Source: Candidatus Saccharimonadota bacterium (GTDB lineage: Bacteria > Patescibacteriota > Saccharimonadia > Saccharimonadales > CAIOMD01). Taken from it: 64,000 nucleotides of DNA. Shown here piece by piece: positions 55,533-63,296 of this stretch. Made by a program: the position numbers and the translations under genes. The notes below the pieces were generated by a model that saw only the letters and a program-made list of their open reading frames with translations, made no database searches and had not been told where the DNA came from. Every line of letters begins with the position of its first letter. The stretch's first letter is position 1. The stretch is taken from contig JAGORN010000001.1 of the NCBI GenBank assembly GCA_018062805.1, positions 805-64,804 on the forward strand, written 5' to 3'.

Positions 55533-56537
55533 ATGCCTAACTTAATTGATCCGAAGATAGCGGTTATTGGTGGCGGTACTGGTAGTTTTACTATTTTAAG
55601 TGGGCTTAAGCATTATTCTAAGAATATTTCAGCGATTGTGAATATGGCTGACGATGGAGGCTCTACGGGTCAATTAAGGGACGAACTGGGGGTTTTACCG
55701 CCTGGGGATGTTCGCCAGTGCTTGGTGGCTTTATCTAACTCACCTAAAATGAGAGATCTTTTTAATTATCGGTTTGACAGCGGAAGTTTAGATGGTCATG
55801 CTTTTGGCAACCTATTTTTAACAGCTCTCGAAAAAATGACTGGTAGCTTTGCCGAAGCAATTGATGTTGCTGATGAAGTTTTGAATGTTCAGGGTAGAGT
55901 TATCCCAGTAACACTAGACTCTGTTAAGTTAGTCATGAAAACTAAAAATGACGCAAAAGATATAATTGGTGAGTACCAAATAGGCAACATGAACTTTAAC
56001 CTTAGCCAAAAGCGACCAAAACTCGAGTTAGCACCTAAGGCAAAATTAAATCCAGAGGCTAAGAAAGCATTATTTGACGCAGATATGATTGTTATTGCTC
56101 CGGGTAATTTGTATGGGAGCCTGGCACCTGCTTTGCTAGTAGATGGTATGGCCGAGGCCTTAACGATGGCAAAAGCAAAAATTATTTTTGTATGTAATTT
56201 AGTAACAAAACCGGGCCAGACCGATGGCTTCATGGTTGATGATTTCGCTAGCGAACTTGAGCGATTTGTAGGAAAGCAATTTATTGACTTGGTTCTTTTT
56301 AATACCGAGGAACCGAGCAAAAATCTGGAAGCAAGGTACATAAAAGATGCTGAGTATATGGTTGGGTATAGCCTATTAGCTAAAAAGAGCAAACATTATA
56401 AAGTCAGGGGCTCTAATTTACTCGCAAAAGAGCTACCTAAGACTAATTCCGCCGACAAGATCCAGCGCACAAGGTCTTACATTCGTCATGACCCCGATTT
56501 AGTAGCCAGAGAACTTATGAATATTTACGGAGAATGA
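55533..56537 (+). CDS. yvcK: YvcK / CofD-like (UPF0052) gluconeogenesis-morphology factor
   Basis: IAVIGGGTGSFTILSGLK, NMADDGGSTGQLRDELGVLPPGDVRQCLVALS and IAPGNLYGSLAP. Confidence 0.88.
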   Translation: MPNLIDPKIAVIGGGTGSFTILSGLKHYSKNISAIVNMADDGGSTGQLRDELGVLPPGDVRQCLVALSNSPKMRDLFNYRFDSGSLDGHAFGNLFLTALEKMTGSFAEAIDVADEVLNVQGRVIPVTLDSVKLVMKTKNDAKDIIGEYQIGNMNFNLSQKRPKLELAPKAKLNPEAKKALFDADMIVIAPGNLYGSLAPALLVDGMAEALTMAKAKIIFVCNLVTKPGQTDGFMVDDFASELERFVGKQFIDLVLFNTEEPSKNLEARYIKDAEYMVGYSLLAKKSKHYKVRGSNLLAKELPKTNSADKIQRTRSYIRHDPDLVARELMNIYGE

Positions 56538-56608
56538 ATTGTTTTTGACAATAGTAATTCACGGGAGTAGGCTAGGGGTATAGTAAATTTAAAAAAAAGG
56601 AGACAAAA

Positions 56609-56806
56609 ATGACGACCATGGCACAAAAATTTGAGCTTAGTCCAACAACTACACACGAAAGGTTCGAAGCCATTGTGGCCGGCCTTGGTAATGTTGCTGG
56701 TCGTGCAGCTCCACTAACAAAAGAGGAGCTCCGAGCCTTAGATAATGAAAGAGAAGACGCACGGTATCATCAACTATTAGGTGATATTGTTTTGTCAGTT
56801 AACTAG
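56609..56806 (+). CDS. hypothetical protein
   Basis: 65-aa ORF with an AAGGAG SD, followed by a strong terminator. Confidence 0.5.
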   Translation: MTTMAQKFELSPTTTHERFEAIVAGLGNVAGRAAPLTKEELRALDNEREDARYHQLLGDIVLSVN

Positions 56807-56829
56807 TTTATTAACTGTATATTTGCAGT

Positions 56830-56865
56830 ATATGCTCCTTAAGTTTTTAAGGAGCATATTTATTT
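56830..56865 (+). terminator. rho-independent terminator
   Basis: Perfect 13-bp stem ATATGCTCCTTAA/TTAAGGAGCATAT with a GTTT loop, followed by TTATTT. Confidence 0.8.
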
Positions 56866-56958
56866 AAAACGCTATATATGGTGTTTAATGAACGAGTTAC
56901 GAACGAAATGTGGAAAACAGACTAAGAAGAAGCACGATTTTTGAAAAAAGTACTTGCA

Positions 56959-57006
56959 GTGGGTAATTGTGGGTAGTATGATGTTGTCAGTGGGTAGCAG
57001 TGGGTA
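56959..57006 (+). promoter_or_regulatory. four direct GTGGGTA repeats, candidate MraZ operator overlapping the dcw promoter
   Basis: GTGGGTA at 56959, 56969, 56990 and 57000, so start-to-start spacings are 10, 21 and 10 nt. A possible TTGCAG(56954)-17-TATGAT(56977) promoter is embedded. Confidence 0.6.
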
Positions 57007-57051
57007 ACACCACCACAAAACAAAAAACCACTAAAAAGCAGATTTAATAAA

Positions 57052-57411
57052 ATGGCCACCGTAGACTATTTCGAACGAAAGCTTGACGACAAGCGAAGGC
57101 TGACAATTCCAGCCGAGGTTCGAGATGAGTTCAAAAGCGGTGTAGTCGTGACTCGCGGCTTTGGCAATTATCTGCACATGTACTCACAAGTCGTTTGGGA
57201 ACAAAAAGTAGAACCCGAACTAACAGGCCACATTCTCGACGAGAAGGTAGCCGACTTAAATGTACAGTTTCGCACCGGAAAGGTTGCGAGTGCTCTAGAT
57301 GAGAAACAGGGCAGAATTACCCTGGAGCAACATCACATAGAGTATGCAGGCATTGCAAAAGAAGTTATTGCGGTCCGGGCTGGAGCCTATTGGCGAATTC
57401 AAGCCAAATAG
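57052..57411 (+). CDS. mraZ: transcriptional regulator MraZ (short, 119 aa)
   Basis: Two AbrB-like halves: LDDKRRLTIPAEVR and LDEKQGRITLEQHHIEYAGI. It is the first gene of the dcw cluster. Confidence 0.8.
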   Translation: MATVDYFERKLDDKRRLTIPAEVRDEFKSGVVVTRGFGNYLHMYSQVVWEQKVEPELTGHILDEKVADLNVQFRTGKVASALDEKQGRITLEQHHIEYAGIAKEVIAVRAGAYWRIQAK

Positions 57412-57748
57412 TTTGCTTTTTGCAGTCACCTTAACAATTTAATAACAAAAACCGAATCGACTCGAGATTAGCGATTCGGTAGTCAACAGTTATTCATGGG
57501 GAACAACTATAAAGATCCCTCGTACCTTACTCAAAGTCAAAACACCTCCCAAAACTCCACCTCACACATAAGTCTCTCAAAACTTTTTAACGAAACTCCA
57601 GTTGGCATTACAAGCAAATTTTTCAAATTCGCGTTTGAATACAAAGCAGTCAACATTAAGGAATCGTTAACACACAAAAACAAAAACAACAAAAAAACAA
57701 AAAGTTGGCTACTGAATCGGTGACCTTGCAAAAACAAAAATAAAAAGT

Positions 57749-58645
57749 ATGCATGAACCAGTATTAATTAAAGAAGTTATTTCTATACTCAAACCTCAGA
57801 TGGGTGAGTCTCTATTAGACGCAACTGCGGGCTACGGGGGTCATTCGTCTGAAATTTTGAGTATAACAAATAGCTACACTGAATCGGTGCTGGTTGATCG
57901 CGACAAAAAGGCGCAAGATTACTTAGCAACCAAATTTGCTAGCAATGATATTAAGTTTATGAGGATGGACTTTTTATCAGCTGCGAAAAAGCTAGCAAGT
58001 GAAGGAAAGCAATTTAATCTGATATTAGCTGATTTAGGCGTATCGTCACCGCACCTTGACATAGCGAGTCGTGGGTTTAGTTTTAAGCTCGATGGGCCTC
58101 TAGACATGAGAATGGATCAGTCGCAAGAACTTAGTGCGTCAACCATAGTCAATGAATGGAGCGAAGAAGAGCTTAGCCGAATAATAAAAGATTATGGCGA
58201 AGAACCTATGCATCGGAGAATTGCTAAGAGCATTATTGAGGGTAGGCCTTTTGGCAGTACCGAGCAACTCGCAGAAACTATAGCTAACGCAGTAAATAAG
58301 AAGTACAGTAAGAAACATCCGGCAACAAAAACCTTTCAGGCGCTCAGAATAGCGGTCAACGATGAACTTGGTCAGCTTAGGCAAGCTTTACCTTTGTGGG
58401 TAAAACTATTAAAACCTGGCGGACGAATAGCAATCATTTCGTTTCACAGTTTGGAAGACAGAATAGTCAAAAATTTTTTCAAACAACTAGGAGGCGACCG
58501 TTACGACGCTGAACTTACAGTCTTAACTAAAAACCCTGTTACTGCTAGTGGCCAAGAATTAGTTTTCAATCCGCGTTCTCGAAGCGCAAAACTTCGGGTC
58601 GCCGCAAAAATAAAAACAACAGAAAGGACCAGTGATGCGAATTAA
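57749..58645 (+). CDS. rsmH: 16S rRNA (cytosine1402-N4)-methyltransferase
   Basis: MHEPVLIKEVI, DATAGYGGHS, DLGVSSPHLD and ISFHSLEDRIVK. Confidence 0.95.
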   Translation: MHEPVLIKEVISILKPQMGESLLDATAGYGGHSSEILSITNSYTESVLVDRDKKAQDYLATKFASNDIKFMRMDFLSAAKKLASEGKQFNLILADLGVSSPHLDIASRGFSFKLDGPLDMRMDQSQELSASTIVNEWSEEELSRIIKDYGEEPMHRRIAKSIIEGRPFGSTEQLAETIANAVNKKYSKKHPATKTFQALRIAVNDELGQLRQALPLWVKLLKPGGRIAIISFHSLEDRIVKNFFKQLGGDRYDAELTVLTKNPVTASGQELVFNPRSRSAKLRVAAKIKTTERTSDAN

Positions 58646-58772
58646 AATCTCTGGTCGATCGGTATCACACAAAGTACAAGTACACGTACTTTAAGTGACT
58701 CCAGCCACCTGCGCTACCTTCAACAGTAGCGCAGGGACCAAAACAAAAATAAAAACGAAAAATATAAAAAAT

Positions 58773-59120
58773 ATGACATACGGAAAAAATGTATCGCTTT
58801 CACGAGCCAGTGCGTACCAGAAAAATCGCAATGTGGTTAGCATTAGCACAAGTAGACCGTCACTCGGCCCAGTGACCAATATAATTGTTCTAATACTGGT
58901 CGCTTGCTTGCTTGGGCTAGTTTATTTGACCCAAGTAACTAAAACTAATGCTCTTGGTTATAAGGTGAGTGAACTTAGCAGTAAACAAGTCGAGCTCAAA
59001 GAAGAATATGCCAGTCTCGAAGTTGATGCTCAGCGCTTGCAAAGCCTAGACAGAATTAAAAACAGTCAAACCGCTCAAAACATGGTCGAAACCAAGCCCA
59101 CAGCTTTTGTTAACAATTAA
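58773..59120 (+). CDS. ftsL: FtsL-like cell division protein
   Basis: Short basic N-terminus, a single TM helix (IIVLILVACLLGLVYL), then a coiled coil (KVSELSSKQVELKEEYASLEVDAQRLQS). Its position between rsmH and ftsI supports the call. I prefer the first ATG at 58773 over the track start. Confidence 0.65.
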   Translation: MTYGKNVSLSRASAYQKNRNVVSISTSRPSLGPVTNIIVLILVACLLGLVYLTQVTKTNALGYKVSELSSKQVELKEEYASLEVDAQRLQSLDRIKNSQTAQNMVETKPTAFVNN

Positions 59121-59187
59121 CTCCATTTAAGCCTGTCTCGAGTAAGTTTAACTATTCATAGAGTAGAATGGTATAATTATAGGGTAG

Positions 59188-60960
59188 ATGCAGTATGTTA
59201 AGCTAAATAAAAACAGCCAAAATAATTTGGACAATAACAGCGGTGCTAGTCATTTAAACGGCAGGACTAATTTAATTAAGTTCATACTAATTGGGCTTGG
59301 TTTTTTGCTAATTGGCAGGCTTTTTTACATCCAAATTATTAAACACGACTACTACCAAGGGCAGGCTCTAGCTGAACATGTCAAAAAATATGAAATACCG
59401 GCTAAGCGGGGGCTGATTTATGCCATGGACGGTGATAAAAAGGTTCCTATAGTTTTAAATGAAGATAGGTATGAAATTTATGCTGACCCGCAGTTTGTTG
59501 AAAATAAAGCTGAAGTTGCCAAGAAAGTATCTGAACTTACGGGCCTAGACAAGGTCGATATCGAGAAAAAGTTGAATAATGAACAGTCAAGATATGTAAT
59601 TTTAGCTAAAAAAGTGACAGCCGACCAAAAAGATAAAATTTTGTCACTCAAAGACGAAGGGGTTGGAGCTAAAGAAATAAGTATACGAAACTACCCGCAA
59701 GGTGAATTTGCTTCGCAACTTCTAGGTTTTGTTAATGACGATCAGCAAGGACAATATGGCATAGAACAGTCTCTAAACGATGTCTTAGCAGGTAAAAGTG
59801 GCCAGTTGAAGGCAATAACCGACATCAGGGGAGTGCCACTAGCTGTTAATAACGATAATATTCAAAGACAGCCTCAAAATGGCCAAAATGTTAATTTAAC
59901 TATAGATATTGGCATGCAAAAAATTACTGAAGATGCATTGGCTGGAGCAATTACTAGGACTAGAGTCTCTAAGGCATCGGCAGTTTTAATCGATGCCGAC
60001 AATGGGCAGGTTAAAGCAATGGCTAATTTACCTAGTTTTAACCCTACCGATTACCAAAAAGTGACTGATGCCAGTTTGTTTAGCAATTTGGTGGTTAGTG
60101 GTGCTTGGGAGCCGGGCTCAGTGATGAAGCCACTTATACTCGGTGCTGCATTGAATGAAGGTACTTTGAACCCTACTAGTACTTATTATGACTCGATGAG
60201 TGTTCAGGTGGACGACCGAACTATTAATAATTCGTATCCCTGGGGAGCTAGAACTTATAGTGTTCAAGATGTTATTACTAAGTCTTTAAACACAGGCGCG
60301 GTTCATATTTTAAAGTCACTTGGTAGCGGTGATATAACCGATAAAGCTCGCCAAACATACTATAAATACTTAACTGACCGCTATCGTTTTAACGAGCCAA
60401 CAGGAGTTGAGCAAACAGGCGAGTCGGCCGGCAAAGTTATTGGCCCAGACGAAGGTTATGGCCTAAGAGTCCGTTACGCTAATATGTCGTTTGGCCAAGG
60501 TCTGACTGTTACGCCAATCCAATTAGCTAGTGCCTATGCTAGTCTCGTAAATGGTGGTAAGTACTACCAGCCCACTTTGATAGAATCTGTAGAAAATGAA
60601 GTTAAAAAACCTAGTTTATTGAATTCTAGTGTGGTATCGCCCACGACGAGCAGTGAAGTTAAAAATATCTTAAAAACTGCTCTTGAGACCAACAATAAAG
60701 CTGCTATTAGGCCAGGTTATGCCCTGGGCGCAAAAACGGGAACGGCTGAAATTGCCGATGGTAGCGGAAACTATAAAACCGATGCCTATAATGGAGTATA
60801 TGTCGGTTTTATATCTGGCCAAAATAAAACTTACATCTTACTTGTCAGATTAGATGAGCCAAAAAGCGCTCGTTTTGCTAGCTCTGAAGCAGCTACAACT
60901 TGGACTGAAATTAGCAACAAGCTACTAGATTCATATTCAATTAAACCGAACGGTAATTAG
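59188..60960 (+). CDS. ftsI: class B penicillin-binding protein (FtsI-type transpeptidase)
   Basis: N-terminal TM anchor, PGSVMKP (SxxK), a possible SLN element (SLNTGA) and KTGTAE (KTG). Confidence 0.9.
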   Translation: MQYVKLNKNSQNNLDNNSGASHLNGRTNLIKFILIGLGFLLIGRLFYIQIIKHDYYQGQALAEHVKKYEIPAKRGLIYAMDGDKKVPIVLNEDRYEIYADPQFVENKAEVAKKVSELTGLDKVDIEKKLNNEQSRYVILAKKVTADQKDKILSLKDEGVGAKEISIRNYPQGEFASQLLGFVNDDQQGQYGIEQSLNDVLAGKSGQLKAITDIRGVPLAVNNDNIQRQPQNGQNVNLTIDIGMQKITEDALAGAITRTRVSKASAVLIDADNGQVKAMANLPSFNPTDYQKVTDASLFSNLVVSGAWEPGSVMKPLILGAALNEGTLNPTSTYYDSMSVQVDDRTINNSYPWGARTYSVQDVITKSLNTGAVHILKSLGSGDITDKARQTYYKYLTDRYRFNEPTGVEQTGESAGKVIGPDEGYGLRVRYANMSFGQGLTVTPIQLASAYASLVNGGKYYQPTLIESVENEVKKPSLLNSSVVSPTTSSEVKNILKTALETNNKAAIRPGYALGAKTGTAEIADGSGNYKTDAYNGVYVGFISGQNKTYILLVRLDEPKSARFASSEAATTWTEISNKLLDSYSIKPNGN

Positions 60961-61017
60961 TGGTATAATTATGACTATAATAAAAGCAATATAAACACCA
61001 CGTAAGCAAGGATAAGC

Positions 61018-62058
61018 ATGAGCGATTTAGATTTTGCCACCCAAACAACGACTATAGAGGCGATTTTTTTACTGGGACTAATGGGTTTTGCTGTCAGTAT
61101 GCTAATTACGCCAATTTATACTTATATATCTTACAAGTATCAGTGGTGGAAGAAGCCACGGACAACAACTTTAACTGGCGAAAAAGCAACTGAATTTCAA
61201 AAACTTCACGCAGCTAAACATAGACGTAATATTCCGACGATGGCTGGCCTAATTGTAATAATTGGCGTAAGTTTAGTTACATTAATTTTTAACTTATCTC
61301 GCGAACAAACATGGCTACCGCTGGCTGCTATGGTAGCAGCAGGGCTAGTTGGGCTGCTAGATGATTATATCAATATTAAAGGAGATGGTAAGGGAGTCGC
61401 TGGCCTGCGCAGCAAGATAAAGTTTTTGCTGGTAGCCGCCGTCGCTTTAGTTGCTGGTTGGTGGTTTTATGCTAAGTTAGACATTAATTCTTTTTACTTT
61501 CCGGGCGCTGGCGATGTCTCCATTGGCTGGTTAATTGTACCGCTGTTTATGATGGTCGTTATTTCAACTGCTAATGCAGTCAATATTTCTGACGGGCTAG
61601 ATGGGCTTGCAGGAGGTTTGCTGGCTACGTCTTTTGCCGCTTATGCAGTTATCGCACTACTGCAAGGTAGAAACGGGGTTGCCGCTTTTTGTATGACGGT
61701 TGTCGGCTCGTTGCTAGCTTACGTTTGGTTCAACATTTATCCAGCCCGATTTTTTATGGGCGATGTGGGTAGTTTTGCGCTAGGTATGGCGCTTGGTGTA
61801 GTGGCCATGATTACGGACACTCTAGTTTTACTACCAATTATTGGAATTGTTTTTGTTGCAGAAGCAGGCTCGGTTATTATTCAGACTATATCTAAAAAGC
61901 TGCGGAACGGTAAAAAAATATTTCGTATCTCTCCGGTCCATCATCATTTTGAAGCAATAGGCTGGCCAGAAACAAAAGTGACGATGCGTTTTTGGGTTAT
62001 AGGCCAGGTTGCTGCAGTTACAGGCTTAGTTCTAGCTATTGTTGGAGGTTTCATTTAA
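61018..62058 (+). CDS. mraY: phospho-N-acetylmuramoyl-pentapeptide transferase
   Basis: GLLDDYI, NAVNISDGLDGLAGG, PARFFMGDVGS and PVHHHFE. Confidence 0.95.
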   Translation: MSDLDFATQTTTIEAIFLLGLMGFAVSMLITPIYTYISYKYQWWKKPRTTTLTGEKATEFQKLHAAKHRRNIPTMAGLIVIIGVSLVTLIFNLSREQTWLPLAAMVAAGLVGLLDDYINIKGDGKGVAGLRSKIKFLLVAAVALVAGWWFYAKLDINSFYFPGAGDVSIGWLIVPLFMMVVISTANAVNISDGLDGLAGGLLATSFAAYAVIALLQGRNGVAAFCMTVVGSLLAYVWFNIYPARFFMGDVGSFALGMALGVVAMITDTLVLLPIIGIVFVAEAGSVIIQTISKKLRNGKKIFRISPVHHHFEAIGWPETKVTMRFWVIGQVAAVTGLVLAIVGGFI

Positions 62059-63290
62059 TGAGCCAAGTCCGTCCTTATAACGGCGGAAGAAATTCATTAG
62101 TCGCCGACGAGCAATACACCAGAAGGCACCGACCTGATTTTATGCTTTTAATTTTAGCCCTCATTTTACTGGGCGCTGGCTTGGTGGTGATGTATTCAAT
62201 TAGTCCAGCTCTAGCAGCCCAGGGTGGAGATGTTAGTGATAACTATTTTGTAACTAGGCAGTTTACAGCCATCATTTTAGGAGTTATGGCTTTTTTTGCA
62301 GTAGCTAAAATACCTTTGAAAAATTGGCAGAAGTGGCAAAAGCCCTTAATTATTTTGACTATCTTACTTTCGCTAGCAACCATTGCCTTCGGGGGTCTAG
62401 CAAATAGGTGGATTCAGTTTGGCTTCTTCTCGTTCCAGCCCGTTGAATTAGTTAAATTTATATTAATTATTATGCTAGCTGGTTTTTTAGCCAACCTTGC
62501 AAGGGCAGGCGACTTAAACGACTTCAAGAAGCTGAAGCCCTTAGTCATTGTCACGGCTATTTTTGCGGTAATAATTGTTGTTTTGCAAAGAGACCTAGGC
62601 TCGGCAATTGTGCTGGCGGCCATTTGTGGGGTTATGGCGTTTATGGCCGGTCTACCCATGAAAAAACTTTTAATTGCCATATTAATAGGTCTGTCTCTTA
62701 TTGCCATAGCTATTTCAAGCACACCTTATAGGCGAGATAGGCTAATGACTTTTATAAGCCCAGAAAGTGACTGCCAAAACGACGGCTACCATGCCTGCCA
62801 GGCCTTAATTGCTGTTGGCTCAGGTGGTCTGATGGGCCTTGGGCTAGGTAGAAGCGTTCAGGCCTATGGTTATTTACCAGAGGCAGAAAATGACTCTATT
62901 TTTGCTATTTTTGCCGAAAAATTTGGTTTCATAGGAGTGGTAACTTTAATAGGCATTCTCGGTGCCCTACTTCTTAGAATATTAAATATTATGCAAAGAG
63001 CGCCAAATTTATATTATCAGTTGATTTGCGTCGGTGTCTTTGCTTGGCTGGCGGTGCAAGCGTTTATAAATATTGGCGCGATGGTTGGGTTACTACCTTT
63101 AAAAGGGATTACTTTACCGTTTGTTAGCTACGGTGGCACAAGTTTGATATTTTCAATGGCCGCTTTGGGCCTTGTCTTTAATGTATCTTATTATACTCAT
63201 ATGCGACTACCAAATTCGCCCCAAACAGGCCGAGCGAATGCTAGCGGTAATGCTCCAAGACGCTTAACAAATGCTGTTAGCACAAGGTAG
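62058..63290 (+). CDS. ftsW: SEDS-family peptidoglycan glycosyltransferase FtsW/RodA
   Basis: FQPVELVKF, LQRDLGSA, PEAENDSIFA and GITLPFVSYGGTS. The ATG overlaps the mraY stop (TAATG at 62056-62060). The track ORF start at 61992 is an upstream in-frame artefact. Confidence 0.9.
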   Translation: MSQVRPYNGGRNSLVADEQYTRRHRPDFMLLILALILLGAGLVVMYSISPALAAQGGDVSDNYFVTRQFTAIILGVMAFFAVAKIPLKNWQKWQKPLIILTILLSLATIAFGGLANRWIQFGFFSFQPVELVKFILIIMLAGFLANLARAGDLNDFKKLKPLVIVTAIFAVIIVVLQRDLGSAIVLAAICGVMAFMAGLPMKKLLIAILIGLSLIAIAISSTPYRRDRLMTFISPESDCQNDGYHACQALIAVGSGGLMGLGLGRSVQAYGYLPEAENDSIFAIFAEKFGFIGVVTLIGILGALLLRILNIMQRAPNLYYQLICVGVFAWLAVQAFINIGAMVGLLPLKGITLPFVSYGGTSLIFSMAALGLVFNVSYYTHMRLPNSPQTGRANASGNAPRRLTNAVSTR

Positions 63291-63296
63291 CGGTAA

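Noticed and set aside
55889-56392. 167-aa minus-strand ORF inside yvcK. Similar long antisense ORFs occur at 13981-14367, 1363-1719, 25844-26185, 9934-10233 and 398-733, among others.
   Set aside because: All lie fully inside strongly supported genes on the opposite strand. They have no motifs or RBS and show the Ser/Leu/Ala-rich composition typical of antisense frames.
57496-57737. ORFs 57496-57723 (+) and 57537-57737 (-) in the mraZ-rsmH spacer
   Set aside because: They are low-complexity translations of a CA-rich tract (N/K/S/T-rich or F/L-rich), they overlap each other, and neither has an SD. I treated them as non-coding.
61992-62057. Upstream extension of the ftsW ORF overlapping the end of mraY
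   Set aside because: The extension translates to the Cys/Ser/Arg-rich MGYRPGCCSYRLSSSYCWRFHL, which is unlike SEDS proteins. ATG 62058 forms a TAATG coupling with the mraY stop.
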